Shown one piece after another: positions 29,872-43,689 of a stretch of 64,000 nt of DNA. Below the pieces are notes generated by a model. It saw only the letters and a list, made by a program, of their open reading frames with translations. It made no database searches and was not told where the DNA came from. The DNA is from the human T2T-CHM13v2.0 reference genome, Homo sapiens. Both the position numbers and the translations under genes were made by a program. How positions within the stretch are numbered: position 1 is the first letter of the stretch; each line of letters opens with the position of its first letter. The stretch lies in NCBI RefSeq assembly GCF_009914755.1, contig NC_060940.1; one strand, given 5' to 3'.

Positions 29872-29877
<6 letters not shown>

Positions 29878-30584
29878 TCAAAGGCTTGGAAAAAAGGATA
29901 AGTAAGGATATGCTATCTAATTGAATAAAATTCTCCAAAATCCTTTTAGATCAGCTAAAACAGGAGGCAAGGAGAAGTAATATTTATTTCTCCTTTTAAG
30001 GAAGATAAAAATCCTGATTTAGTTTTCTGAGATTTGGAGTCCCCTTCCATCAGCTTCCCCACAGCCCCGGCTCTCATTCCCCAAAGCAGTAAGAACAGAG
30101 TTTTCAGCCTCTACATTGATGATTTATCCCGGTCACAGAGGGGACACCCGGCTAACTGAGGTTAACAGCTTTCTCGGTTTCATTTCAAAAAGACATTAGC
30201 ATGGAGGCTCAATGAAATGCTGATATGCCAAATACTGATTCATTCACCTGCAGAGTTCACTATAAGGCAGGGACCTATTTGACAGGCAGGGCTGAGCTCC
30301 CAGCCTTTTCCTAAAGGGCAATCCCATAATTCATCTCCCAGTGCTAAATTACACCTGACACTTCACTGAAGACTTCAGGTGCACTCACCCAACTGCAATA
30401 AGCCTAATGCAGAAGAGGGGTGGAAATGACAAAAGTACTTTTTGAAAATAACATGACTAATTCAATTGTGGGTGGAAATATCTGTGGTGTAAAATATTCC
30501 CAGGCAGAATGCACACATTTGTTTTTGTGTTATGGGCAGGTCTTTTCTCTGGCAATGGGGAATCTCTATGTTGTGCATCACTAC

Positions 30585-30868
30585 CTGAGCTACATGCTCC
30601 GTCACCTGTCCTTAGATTTGGCCTAGTCACTAAAGAAGCTCCAAGCTTTTCCATCATCTGGGCCTTCCCTACTCTAGTCTCCTTCCAAATTTGCAGGAAA
30701 GACTGTTCAAAAGCTATAAAGTCATGTGCTCTTACTGCTCCTCTACAGAATTTTTTGGGAGAGGTTCAAGAATAGGCACAGGGGAAGCAGAAGACCCATC
30801 CCCTACATTAAGCAAAGCAGTCAAGCGCTTTAGCATGGCCCTTAACTTGTTATCAGGTTCCAGGGATG
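30585..30868 (-). pseudogene. FHAD1-like exon remnant
   Basis: Pyrimidine tract plus aag. ASLEPDNKL...ILEPLPKN...EHMTF, then shifted SCKFGRRLE*GRPR*WKSL, vs ASQEKHRL...QIEPVHTE...EQQSF...RCKGSRHEEVIQRQKKAL. Confidence 0.6.
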
Positions 30869-31283
30869 CTTTGTTGAAAGAAAAGAACAAAACAAAACAA
30901 GACAAAACCAAACCAAACCAATACCTTGACAAGTGAAGCCAACTAGCTTCCTAATGGCCCCATCCAGGAATTTAGTGGGTGCAGGGAGTTGCTGGTCATT
31001 TATCTGATGCTGTATGAAGTGAGCACATGAGGCTTTAGCCTGGCCAGAGCTCACAAGAACTTTGGAGGGATAAGGTGAGATGTTTTCTCTGTAACTCAGA
31101 AAGTCTTCATTGAGTATGTGCTAGGTGTTGAGGACACTGCAGTGAACAGGCAGACACAGGGGTCTTCTCCCATGGGGCCTCAGGTCTCACTTGGGAGACC
31201 TGAACTTAAAAAGAGCTAAGATGATTGACCTGCTGGGCAATGCCCAGCATTTCTTACTTAGGTGCTTAATAAATGTGGAATGA

Positions 31284-31666
<383 letters not shown>

Positions 31667-31799
31667 TTATTAAGTGCCTTCTCTGTCCCAGATTCTACGC
31701 TAGGCCCTTTCCATTACATTATCTAATTCAGCACAAAATGAACAGTTAAAGTCTGGTACATGGCTTCTGAGACAGTCTCTTTCATGGCATAGACATGAG

Positions 31800-32010
31800 A
31801 AACAGTGTTGTTTAGTAGAAAGACTCCAAGACTAGATGTCCACAAAATTTGGGCTTAGTAACTCTGACATTACTAAAGGTATAGTCTTGGGTAAGGATTT
31901 GTCCCCACTGAGCCTCAGTTTCCACATCTATAATTCAGGGATGATGATACCTCCCTCACAAGGTGGCCATGAGGAATGGATGAGATGGTGAATATGAAAT
32001 AGCTTTGATC
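31800..32010 (+). mobile_element. MIR SINE
   Basis: ctgagcctcagtttccacatctataa core. Confidence 0.75.
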
Positions 32011-32199
32011 ATAAATAAGATCCTGCTCTCTGTAAAAGGAAAATCATATTTTACCCATCCACTTTTTAAGAGCTCATGTTGCTTCTAAACAATTAAATTT
32101 TATATGATTTCAATAATTCTAACAAAAAAATCAGAAACAATATTAAGTTTGACCTGGCAGTTATCAAAATGGTATTTGGAGACTTTTCATCAGAAAGAT

Positions 32200-33221
<1,022 letters not shown>

Positions 33222-33289
33222 TGACTTTCAGAGCACTTTCCCCAATTAGTGTTTTAACAATTAAAATGAAAATTGTATGTAACAATTTT

Positions 33290-33480
33290 TTCTAGTAATT
33301 CTTTGTTCTTCTTTCAGTCATTAGAAGAGGTTAAGTATTGCTTATATTTGATTTTATTCTCTACTATTATTAACTCTTTTTGTGCTCTAACTGTGCCTTG
33401 GTTTGTGATACTTCCCATGCCAAGATTTGGGAATTCTGTACTTTCATTTTCCTTGCCCCAGATCATTAGTGAAGTGGTTG
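33290..33480 (-). pseudogene. FHAD1-like exon remnant
   Basis: VRAQKELIIVENKIKYKQYLTSSND (ORF 33314..33535) vs [26 protein letters not shown]. Confidence 0.7.
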
Positions 33481-34569
33481 TGTGATGCCAAAGTGGGCAT
33501 GGGTCCTCACGAATGCAGTGGACACTGTCTCCCACCTAAATGTGAGGGACCGATATTTGTCACTGCTCTTTGTTTATGGTCCTTAAGCCAATTTTCAATC
33601 TATGTGACCATGCACATATTCTACCCAATTTGAATTAATTTTGCAAGTGGAAATTCATGGAGTAGTGTATCAAATGCTTCAGTAAAATCCATATATATTA
33701 CCTCTAGTGCATTCCCTTCATCCATTAATCTCATAATGCGATTTAAAACAGTGATCATATTTGTCTGGAATGATTTGTCCTTTATCCATCCCCAAAGCTG
33801 CCTCCTGCTCTTGGCTCCATTATCCTTTCCATCCTTTCAGTTTTTCCCTCTTCACATCTGATTCATTATACTATTAGACACAGGGGTTATATTTTAATAG
33901 ATGATAATTACTGGTAACACCTTTCTTTCTGTTTAGAAAGTATTTAAGGTTTTCAAGTAATCTCTAAAATGTGGATTATTGAAAATGTCTACTGACTGTT
34001 AAATTTGCAAACAAATGGCTTTAATACAATCTCTTTACTTCAAGTGATAATTCTCAAAACACTTTCCCAGGCCTTATTTTCTTTTAAAATAAGTTTTGTT
34101 AAGAACTATAATACAGTATTTAAACTGTCTTTCCTGTTCTGCTTGTTTGAATTGTTTTCCAGTGTCCTATTTCCCTTTCTGCCTGGGAAAGATGTGTACT
34201 GTATTATGTAAATTAAGGGTGATAATAAGTATAAAATTATTGCTGTAATACTAATATCATATCTACTATGAATGACTACATTTATTTGCAAAAAAATCTT
34301 AGCAAATGTTTCTCTATATGTATTAGATCAATTTGCTTGCCTTATAAACACACTTCTAAACTTTTAGTTTTGGGTAGATTCTTTTTCTGAAGAGCTCAAA
34401 TGTTATATACCAAATCAGTAAATTTAGGGTAATAGCTAATTCAAAATATAAGATGTTTTCAAAAGAGGAGAGACAGCAGGAATGAAAGGAATAACATAAC
34501 ATAAGAAAAGAATGATAAAGTCAGAGATGCAGGTATGTAGCAGGTAAAAGAGCATGCAATAAGTTGTGT

Positions 34570-34880
34570 ACCTTTAGAAGCCTAAGTACAGGAATATCAG
34601 TTATGGTGCTGTGGGGCTTCCTTTCAAAAGATGTAGAGGCTCAAATATAGACTACTTCTTTGAGATCAATTCCTTGACCCACAGTTCCAATGCAAGTAAC
34701 TTCTCATCTGTCATCATAAACATTGTCCAGCTTTTCCTCTGTGTACAACCAACACTCCACTTAGGAAAGTTAGTGGGAAGGAGGACTCAGAATACTGCTT
34801 TTCAACTTGCTGCTCAGTAGGTAAAGGGTGGTGAATGCTGAACCAAGGCCCACAAGGCTATTTTAGCATCTGCTCCTTGG
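34570..34880 (-). pseudogene. FHAD1-like exon remnant
   Basis: MMTDEKLLALELWVKELISKK*S vs [23 protein letters not shown]. Shifted frame ERKPHSTITDIPVLRLLKV vs QIKQHAQTIVSLEEKLQKV. Confidence 0.7.
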
Positions 34881-35650
34881 TTACTTACCAAGGACCCTGA
34901 TAAGATATCACTTACAGAATACATGCAGTGAGAATGGGTCAGTGTCTTATTAAATGATGAGGTGAAATAAACTTTATTCAAGTCAAGATCTTAGAACTTT
35001 ATATTAAATCAGATTCAATTTAGTAACTTAAATATGTGAGGGTGACTAGTATATTTCAATAGGATAGTCTGTAGGGGTTTATTGAATGCCACTGAAATGC
35101 TAATCACAGACTTGGTTCAACCTGTACTCATACATTAGAACATTGAATAGAAGACTGCTATTAGACAATAAAAATGGCTATAAATTTTTTCCAATTTTAT
35201 CTCCATGTGGATCTCTACTTTCTTCCTCCTATAATAAACAAGTTCATTGTAGATCAAAAATCAACTTGTACCCAAGAAATATGCAGCCTCACATTGATAT
35301 GTGAATGTCCATTCATTTGAGTAGGAATGGCAAGTATTTATTATTGGGAAAGAAGGGATGCATACAAAATTAAGTGAATATGCATGAATAAGTCCCAATG
35401 TTTATGTGACATTAATAGGAAGAAGTTGAGTTACGTCTGAAAGTGTACCTTGCTGTGCACAAGCATCTATGCTTATTCTACATAAAGCATCTGTGCTGAG
35501 GACTTAGGAGGCTTTTATTACTAGTGTTCTATTTTTTAAGGAAATATTAACAATCATTTTCAAATACATAGAGTTCTAGGGAGAACATATACATTTTGTA
35601 CGTGCCTTAAAATTAAATCATTTTTCCTGGCTTTTAACATTTGAATGATA

Positions 35651-35760
35651 ACCTAGATGATGGGTTGATGGGTGCAGCAAGCCACCATGGTACATGTATA
35701 CCTATGTAACAAACCTGCACGTTCTGCACATGAATCCAAGAACTTAAAAAGTATAAAAAA
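35651..35760 (+). mobile_element. Very short 5'-truncated L1PA 3' end
   Basis: gggttgatgggtgcagcaa..caccatgg..catgtatacctatgtaacaaacctgcacgttctgcacatg. TSD atttgaa(t/a)gata. Confidence 0.9.
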
Positions 35761-35789
35761 ATTTGAAAGATAAAGCCCTAAAAAAGCTC

Positions 35790-35858
35790 AGGGTGTGAAG
35801 AAAGCCCTTTATCTTCATGTCTCTGCTGCCCCTTTTCCTCATCTGTACTAATGAGAAC
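35790..35858 (-). pseudogene. Possible FHAD1-like exon remnant
   Basis: tctttattttag acceptor, then VLISTDEEKGQQRHEDK vs VLESSIAHEKRKAKEA. Weak match. Confidence 0.3.
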
Positions 35859-36409
35859 CTAAAATAAAGAGGTCTGAAATTGGGATATTATTATTATTAG
35901 ATCGGTAGTGCCGGATTGTGATTTCTTAGGAGGCTGTAAATTGAGAGCTGCGCTGAAAGAGAAGTAGAACAGGTGCACATGGTCATCTCTACTCCTTGAA
36001 ATATGAAGATCCCATTGATAGGAAATTTGACTCAAGGAAACCTTCAAGCTACTAACTTTAATTTTCTGTTTTAAAGATCATAGTCTATGATCTATGGCTC
36101 CCTTATCTTTGAATTTTCCTTCCTCCTCCCTTTGAATATCTAGTGAGCCCTGCTATATGCCAGATACTGGGCTACATGGTGGTAATATAAAGTCTCACAA
36201 GCCACGGCCCATGCCTCAGGAATGTGTGCTCCTATAGGAGGGACAAACGAGTACATTGAAGCAGAGCCAGTGGTAAGTGTTAGGCTGGAGAGGTTGTGGA
36301 GTGCTCTTGGGGCACAGAAGAGTGGCAGCTAACTGTATCTAGGGGGAGGTTGGTGAAGTTCTTTAGAAGAAATGATATAGTTTTGAAAGTAAGTAGGAAC
36401 TAGCTAGAG

Positions 36410-39400
36410 TAGGGGTTCTTAACCTGTCATCCACTGATAGCCAAGGATAGGGTTCAATGTGTTTATGAATGTTAGATGGGAAAAAAATCCACCTTTATTT
36501 TCATTAATACTGAGCTACAGTTTAGCATTTCCTTCTATTATAAATGTAGAAAACAGGCCAGCTACGCTGCTGTCGCTGTCACTATGGCCCATTACAAAGC
36601 CGCCAACTTGAAGTGTGAGCAGTTCCGGAGGTACTTGGAGAAGTCAGGGGTGCTGGACACACTGACCAAGGTGTTGGTATGAAGAACCAGAGAAACCTAA
36701 CAGTGCTTTGGATTTCTTAAAGCATCACTTAGGAACTGCTACCCCAGAAAATCCAGAAATAGAGCTGCTGTGCCTAGAACTGGCGAAAACGAAAGAGAAA
36801 TATAAAGCTATTGTAGAAAAAAATAAAAAACTGAAAGCAAAGCTTGCTCAGTATGAACCACCTCAGGAGGAGAAGTATGCTGAATAGGATTCTTCTCAGT
36901 TGAAAAGACACTGAAAAATGGTTTTGTATCACTTGAATACTTTGTATAATATATAATCTTTTCCAAACAGATGCTATAGAACTCTTTTAATATGTTTAAT
37001 TCACCTACCACACTCTGTTATAAACACATAGAATCATCAATAAAAACTCAATATAACTTTCTTTGGATTTTAAAGCAGGAGAATCCAAAGTAAATCCTGA
37101 AAACACCCTAAACATAGCCATCTAACTCCTTACCTTAAAAGCCATTCTGTTCATTAGTCTGATTAGGAATGATGGCACTGGTTGTGTTGTAGCCAAGGCA
37201 GTTTAGCATGGAGCTATTCCTTGGTGTAGTTCAGGATATGAACATAGGTACAGTCATTCTTTGAAGGTGATATACTGTTGTGTACATTCCCTATAGGCAG
37301 CTGGAGAGATCTGTGTGACACAAGATGCTTTTGTACAGGTTCCCATGAATCTTCTGCTCTTGTTTGTGTAACATGGAACAAATAACTCTTCTTTGCCACC
37401 ACTTTGCCTTAGATAATTGTGTGTGTGTGCCAGTTTGAACTCTGATACCACATTTTCCTTCTGTGCAATCATGCCTTGTTTGATAATCTTGCATTGCTTT
37501 GCTCTGAGCTTTAGTGGGTCCTACTTACACACTGACTTTTCTATGCTGTTTTTCAATTTGCCTAATAACAGCAGTTACCCTGATTGTAATTTATGCAACT
37601 TTAAACAGGATCACACTGTACCCCCTGCCTGCCTTATTTGCTTATTGAGCACAGAACAGAGGCAATATACAACTCTGAGTTCACACACAAGCTGGGATAA
37701 GAAGAGGAATGAGCCATATATTGTGGAAAATCATAGTTTGTAGGTATAATTATACAGTGCTTGTTTCCCTCAAAGTATTTTTGTAGCCCTGAATTCATTT
37801 TATCTTCATTATCCCTGTGAAGTAGGTGTGGGCAAGTATGAGGGGAAGTTGGGTGCTGAATTTTTAGGCCAAAGACTGATGTTAATACAAATCACTCACT
37901 AACTGTAGAGCCTTGGGCATATCAGTGAACTGCTCTGAGATTTACTGTCTCCATCTGGTTAATGAGAAGAATATCCGTGATGCCTACCTCACAGGGCTGT
38001 TGTGAGGGTCAAATGAGAATGTATGTGAAAGATATGTAAATGGTAAAGCACTATATTCTTGTTTGTGAGTCCTTTTTCCTTTCTTTGGGTAGACTTACAG
38101 TCGGATGTTTTGTTTTATTAATCACTTATTTTCCTTATTGATAGACCATCATTTTATAGACATATTCCTATTGCATGTATCCTCTCCCTGTTGTTAGAGA
38201 ACGTATCTTTGTTTTTGGTCAAAACACACATATAAAACAAAATGATCCAATGAAAACTGGTTTAACTAGCAAAAGCCTTTGCACCTGTTGGAAACTATGA
38301 CCAAGTCAATTACAAGGGCATTTAAATCAGTCGTGTTAGTAGGAATGTGGCAATGACTGGTGCCTCTTCTAGTCACAAGTTTGCTTTTGGAGGGGGGCCA
38401 GATAATATTGGAAGAATATTCGCTTGAATAGATTTCTCTTTTACCAATTTGAGTGCCTCCTACATGGGCAGCAGTGGACTAAGTGCTGGGTGTGATAAAG
38501 AGGAATGACTTAATTATGAGACATGTATATAATCAAATACAGTATGGGTTAGGACCTGTGACAAACCATTATAATAAAACATGGCCCCATGAGGGTTTTG
38601 AAAGAGAGACAGATTTGGCTTCTTTAGTTGGTAAGATAGTTTCTTGGTAGATACAGGTCGAAATTTTTTTTTCTGTGGCAGCCAATTCTCATGTGCTTTT
38701 TACTTATTGGATTAATATTAATATTTATGTCAGTAAGCCAGGTGACTGTGACTGTCTTTTGTACCATCCTTTTTAACAGAATGGCAACATGTGGGTTGGA
38801 TAATCACACTTTTAGGTGAAACTGACTTGGTTAAACTGCGTACCAGTCAGTGCTATTTGAGAATTCAGGATCAACCTAGCCTACAGAGGTCCTCTTCAGC
38901 ATTTCTGTCAAGGATTTGGATTAAGACAATACACAAGAAGATGCTTGATGGAAGAGAAAATGGATCTCATCAGTTAAGCTCCTGCTACGCTTCAGCTTCT
39001 TTGTCTATAAAGTATTGACTTCACATCTTGCCTACCTCACAAGGTTGTTGTAAGAATCAAATTAAATATAATGGATGTAAAAGTGAAAAAAATAAATGTA
39101 GAAAATAAACTACCGTAATATTAACGTTAGTGACAATGTCACCAATAGAAACCATAGCTACATATCAGATACTGTAGATATTTCAAAATATCCCTTATGC
39201 TCATCACTGCTTTAAAATTATAGTAGTACACCAACCACTGGGCTTTATTAATGCATTAATAGAAACTATCCATATTATCATACCAAATATTGGTGTTAAT
39301 ATTTAATTGATTTTAATATTTTGATAGCTGAATTTCAATATAAATTGAATTTCTTTGTAATTCTACATGCTTTATTCTTTATTTTATATATTTAAAAGCA

Positions 39401-39484
39401 TTATACTAAGAAAGGTCCATAGGCTTTAGGTCTATGGCAGATTGGCAGTGGGGTCCATAACACAGTGAAGGTCAAGAACCCCTG
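36410..39484 (+). mobile_element. hAT-Charlie (Charlie4a-like) MITE split by the MYCBP retrocopy (36410-36553 and 39106-39484)
   Basis: Terminal inverted repeats tAGGGGTTCTTAACCT and AGGTCAAGAACCCCTG. Internal sequence continues across the retrocopy TSD. Confidence 0.8.
36554..39091 (+). pseudogene. MYCBP: Processed pseudogene of MYCBP (c-Myc binding protein/AMY-1), with CDS remnant 36584-36887 and long 3'UTR
   Basis: Intronless translation MAHYKAANLKCEQFRRYLEKSGVLDTLTKVLV, then after an 8-nt deletion EEPEKPNSALDFLKHHLGTATPENPEIELLCLELAKTKEKYKAIVEKNKKLKAKLAQYEPPQEEKYAE*. The remnant is 304 nt against 312 expected. ATTAAA at 39061, short A tail, TSD ATAAATGTAGAAAA at 36540-36553 and 39092-39105. 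Confidence 0.95.
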
Positions 39485-41744
39485 AATGGGGAAGAGGTTG
39501 GAGAAGGGGTGCTAGTTATTCCAGGAAAAGGAAAAGCCTCATGGATGTTTCAAATTATACATAATGTGTCTTTAAGGCAAATGTTGATAGGTATGAAGAC
39601 AAAATATGTACACAATTGTTTTGTGAAACATAGTGAGTAATATATACTCACCATGTTTTCATAGGAACATGTTGCTGGGGAGCAAAATCATTAAGCATAT
39701 TAATAGCTCGCCCAGAATTTCTGAAGCTGACAATAAAGGTCCATCATGACATCAGACTCTGCAGCAGGTTGTGCTGTGATAAAAGCCCAAGAAAGATGCC
39801 TGAAATACTTATTTGCTACTTTTTCTTATGTGGTTAGAATGCTAAGGATCGTCTAAGAGCAACCAACATTTGCGTTACATGCATTGTAATGGTTATAATA
39901 GGTACTGGAAATACAGAGTATGCTAAAAAGTTATCAAACATTAACAGAAGCAGCAGTAGCTGTGGAAAGAGTACTTGACCAGGAGTCCTTAGCTTCAGGC
40001 CACAGCTTCAAGTCTGACACTAATATCTGTGTCACCTTGTGCATGTTTTATTATTGGTAAAATGAAGATAATGACTTCTGCTCTAACTTATCTTGTAAAT
40101 TGCTCTAAAGATCAAATGAGTATGTCAAGATGCTTAGAAAGGTTTGAAACATAATACATGTTATTAAAATGGAAATAAAGGTGAAATATCAATATTATAA
40201 CACTTTATGTTTTGAATATAGAAATAAAGTGAAATTTTCTATCATTGTATTATAAAATACATTGAAGAGGAAACCTTTTAGACAGATAGAATTTTAAAGA
40301 TCTCTATATGTATAAAATATAAAATGTAAATGTAGCATATGAAATATCTATAACATAAGAGTTAAATTCTTACAAGACTGTAGACAATGAAACGTGTTAT
40401 CTGAAGCCATTAGATAACTCCATAATAAAATCACTTTCTTAGGGCTGGCAACAAGCTTTCAAATATGACTTGTAGCATAAGACAGCAGTGAATTTATGTA
40501 TGTGCTATTTAGATTTAGTGGCACTAAGATCACAAGGACATACACATTTAATTAGTGGAGTACATTCAATTCTAAAATTTAGATCACTTTCTCCAAATAA
40601 GCTTGTTCTTCGTAGGAATCATGCAAGCAAATGTTGACAAATATTGCAAACAATGAGAGAAAGACATGAATCTTAAGATTTTTCTTCCTAAAAAATCTAT
40701 TCTTATTAAGATGCTTTTCATTATAACCTAGCAGAGCAGGATTTAAGTACCAACCTGAGTCTTCTGTTCTCTAGGTCAATGTTGAAAGTTTATTTCTACA
40801 GTAAAACACACGTCTCACATTCTTGGTGTTGCCATATAAATCAAACAAAGAGAACTGCATTCCAATTCTCTCCATTATTACAGAAGCATACAACTTACTA
40901 ACCAGAACATTCTTCCAATTTTAGTTTGAAGTGTTTTTCAACTTCAAGTATGCTTGGAAAATTATTAAGCCAAGGCTATTGTGATTATACCTGTTAGACT
41001 TTTATTCTATATAAATTATCTAAGCCAAATGGAGTCCAAAATACTGACCCTTGACTGCCAGTTAGAATAGTCCCTAATCCTCAATCATGTGCTAAAAGAG
41101 ACAAATGAGCTAGATTTGAGTTTGAAAACTACCACCTCTGAATAAAAAAAAAAAATGAAGCTGAATATGCATTTTGGAAAGACACAGTTAATGCAAATGG
41201 TAGAGAAATGTGGAATACTATTCTAAACTGCTTGTGTTCACTGCTTCCCGAGTACAGACACTTGCACCAAGATACAGAGACACACACTTATTAACTCACA
41301 CGTATGGATCAGAATGACTAAACATTTTAAAATCAGGAAAAACAAAACCCAGTAGATTCTGCCCCACAGTCTGTATAGTGCACACACACCCACTAATACA
41401 CACCCTTGACCAGTGTAAGATCCAGAAGTGCTTAAACAATTTTGTAGGCATAAATTACAAATTAATGAAACCTGCCGAAGGCAGACACGTAAAGACACAA
41501 TGTTCAAGATATAAGCATTGAAGCAAGGCAGACACCTGAGAAAAACAGTCAGAAGTTCCCAAACTGAAAAGATTGTATCCTGGACATCCAAGCAGATGAA
41601 GGATTCAGGGCGAACAGATTTGTATCCTGGCACCAGAGCAGATGATGGGTTTAGGGACCGCAGCGGTCCCTAAAGACCATTCCCTCTAGCATCCAAATTT
41701 CTAAAAATTAAAGCTTAATGGTTCCAATTCTTTATAAGGTTGTC

Positions 41745-41900
41745 CTTTCAGTGGGCAAAGCATTGATCAGTGGTCTCAGTCTTGCCAGCTGGCTTCAAGG
41801 GCTCTGCCCCCAACAGTTCCTCCTCAGCATCCTTTCTTTTTCCATTCTCTTGAAGAAGGGATGCTCTGTTCACTTCACGTGGGCTTAGATTTATGAGGTG
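41745..41900 (-). pseudogene. FHAD1-like exon remnant
   Basis: ctcttgtttctcag acceptor. HLINLSPREVNRASLLQENGKRKDAEEELL vs IKFNSSQETQQSLLQEKLREHLAEKEKL (SLLQE identical). Confidence 0.7.
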
Positions 41901-42363
41901 CTGAGAAACAAGAGTGTGGGGCCCTTCAAGTTGTACTCCCAGATGTAATACTGCAAGTGAGCCAACACAGGATCTTAGCATTGGCTAACATGTTTGTTCT
42001 ACAAAGCTTGTTTGTTACTGGATCCAAACGGATGCCCCAGTCAAAGCAAAAACAAAGCAACAACTAAAAACGTCTTCCCTCATTGCCCCCCAAATAGCCC
42101 AATCCTTTCTGAGTCCAGGCTCCTGAATGCACATGAAACTGAGTAGCCTTGGCTGGGGGATCATCACTCCCTCCTCAGCTGGAGGCTGCATTCAGAAAGA
42201 ATGGATTTTTTCCGGCTTCTGATAGTCTGAGATATTGTGCCTGTCACTCAGAGGCTGAGCAAAATAGGGTTCAAAACAGAGAACAGAGATGTATAAACAG
42301 ATGCAAGACAGTGAGAAGAGTGTACCAAGTACGGAGACGAAAGAGATTGGTATCAAGCCTTAC

Positions 42364-42608
42364 CCTGGGATGGGCCACTCTCTCTGTGTCTGTAAGAAGC
42401 TCCTACGCTATTTTAATTATAAATATTTATATCCATGGAAGCAAATTCAGAAGGATTTATATCCCAGGGGAGTGCAGATCAATAGATCTAAGCAAACCTC
42501 ATCTCCAGGCTGACCACTTAACACTGTTATCACCGATTAGGGCTACTTGGCCCTCTGCGGGGGGTGTCAGTTCCCCTCTTGTCCTGCATAGGTCCACCCC
42601 ATTCTTGG
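42364..42608 (-). pseudogene. FHAD1-like exon remnant
   Basis: KNGVDLCRTRGELTPPQRAK*P*SVITVL...LG/INPS vs [27 protein letters not shown]...LGILPS. gtaagg donor at 42359-42363. Confidence 0.65.
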
Positions 42609-42679
42609 CCCCAAGAGGAAATCAATAACAGGATGCAGGGATCGATACACAGGACATCTGCTTGGCTGCAGTGGCTCAC

Positions 42680-42825
42680 CTTAAGATCGCAGTTTGGTTA
42701 GCCCTTGTCTATACCGCAAGCCCCTACTCCTTCCTCCAACCCCTCCATCCTTCCAGATCTGCTGGAGCATTCCAATTTTGATCTTTAGCTCACTCACTGA
42801 AATCGGCCCAGATACTGCTGACTCT
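42680..42825 (-). pseudogene. FHAD1-like exon remnant
   Basis: ttcttgctcaag acceptor and gtgagc donor. Ends MEGLEEGVGACGIDKG*PNCDLK vs [25 protein letters not shown]. Confidence 0.65.
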
Positions 42826-42888
42826 CTTGAGCAAGAAATAAAGACTTGGTTAACATTTGCCTTACTTTCCAAAAGTAAAGAAACTTAC

Positions 42889-43077
42889 CAGACCTCAAGG
42901 ATTGAGTCAGAGTCGATTTCCTGCTTCACGGCCCGGGGCATGCTTTCTGCTGCCGACTCTCTGGCCACCAAGTACTGTCGGAGCAATTGGAGCTGGCTGG
43001 GTTACTGTTCCAGGTTTGCCTGCGTCTCCCTGTGCTTGGTCTGCAGTTGATAGATCCTCTGCTCCTGAAGCATCCAG
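42889..43077 (-). pseudogene. FHAD1/CCDC27-like exon remnant
   Basis: Long pyrimidine tract plus tag acceptor, gtaagt donor, 189 nt. LQEQRIYQLQTKHRETQANLEQ*PSQLQLLRQYLV...KQEIDSDSILEV vs FHAD1 NLERAVGQLEHFRSQVI and CCDC27 NEISDNDILEAL. TAA at 43002-43004. Confidence 0.75.
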
Positions 43078-43287
43078 CTATTGACCCGCCCAGGGAAAGA
43101 AAGAAAAAAATGGAAAAAAAAATCAATTAATACTAACCGGCTTAACAAAACCCTGCATAGCACAGGCCTGGAGCATACAGGGTAGGAATTGGGATGGTCT
43201 CAGTGGCAACAATGAGTGTGGGGACAGGCTCAGCCAGCTAGAAAACCTGATGTTCCAGGGACAGGAAGCCAATATGGTAGGCGTGAT

Positions 43288-43299
43288 CACACACACACA

Positions 43300-43352
<53 letters not shown>
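43288..43352. repeat. (CA)n-(TC)n microsatellite
   Basis: About 7 CA units then about 24 TC units. Confidence 0.95.
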
Positions 43353-43354
<2 letters not shown>

Positions 43355-43575
43355 CAGCTTGGTCTGACATGCCCTAGTCTGACAGCAAAGAGGACAGTGC
43401 AGGTACATGTTCATTGTGAACTGGTGGAGGGTGACACATTCACCAAAACAGAAGAAGGGCTGCAACCAAACTCATAGAACCGGTGGATATTTTTGTTTTC
43501 TGGGGTTTTTTTTGGGGGGGCGGGGGTGGAAGAGGAAGAGATATTGTTTTGTTCTGAAAAGATAATACCATTTAC

Positions 43576-43652
43576 GTGTCGCAGGAGAGTTCCTGAGGCA
43601 TTTCTTCGTGCGTCTCCCTATCACACCACCACATACAGACACACATGAAGCT
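43576..43652 (-). pseudogene. FHAD1-like exon remnant
   Basis: cccctttaaag acceptor and gtaaat donor. DRETHEEMPQELSCDT vs [21 protein letters not shown]. Confidence 0.4.
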
Positions 43653-43689
43653 CTTTAAAGGGGAGCAAGAAAATGGGGGCACACCATAC

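Noticed and set aside
36476-36682. 68-aa ORF ending in the MYCBP N-terminus, as a functional retrogene
   Set aside because: An 8-nt deletion creates an immediate TGA, and the upstream part is transposon sequence.
42149-43084. Long plus-strand ORFs (159 aa, 118 aa and others)
   Set aside because: They have no recognisable product and are antisense shadows of the minus-strand exon remnants.
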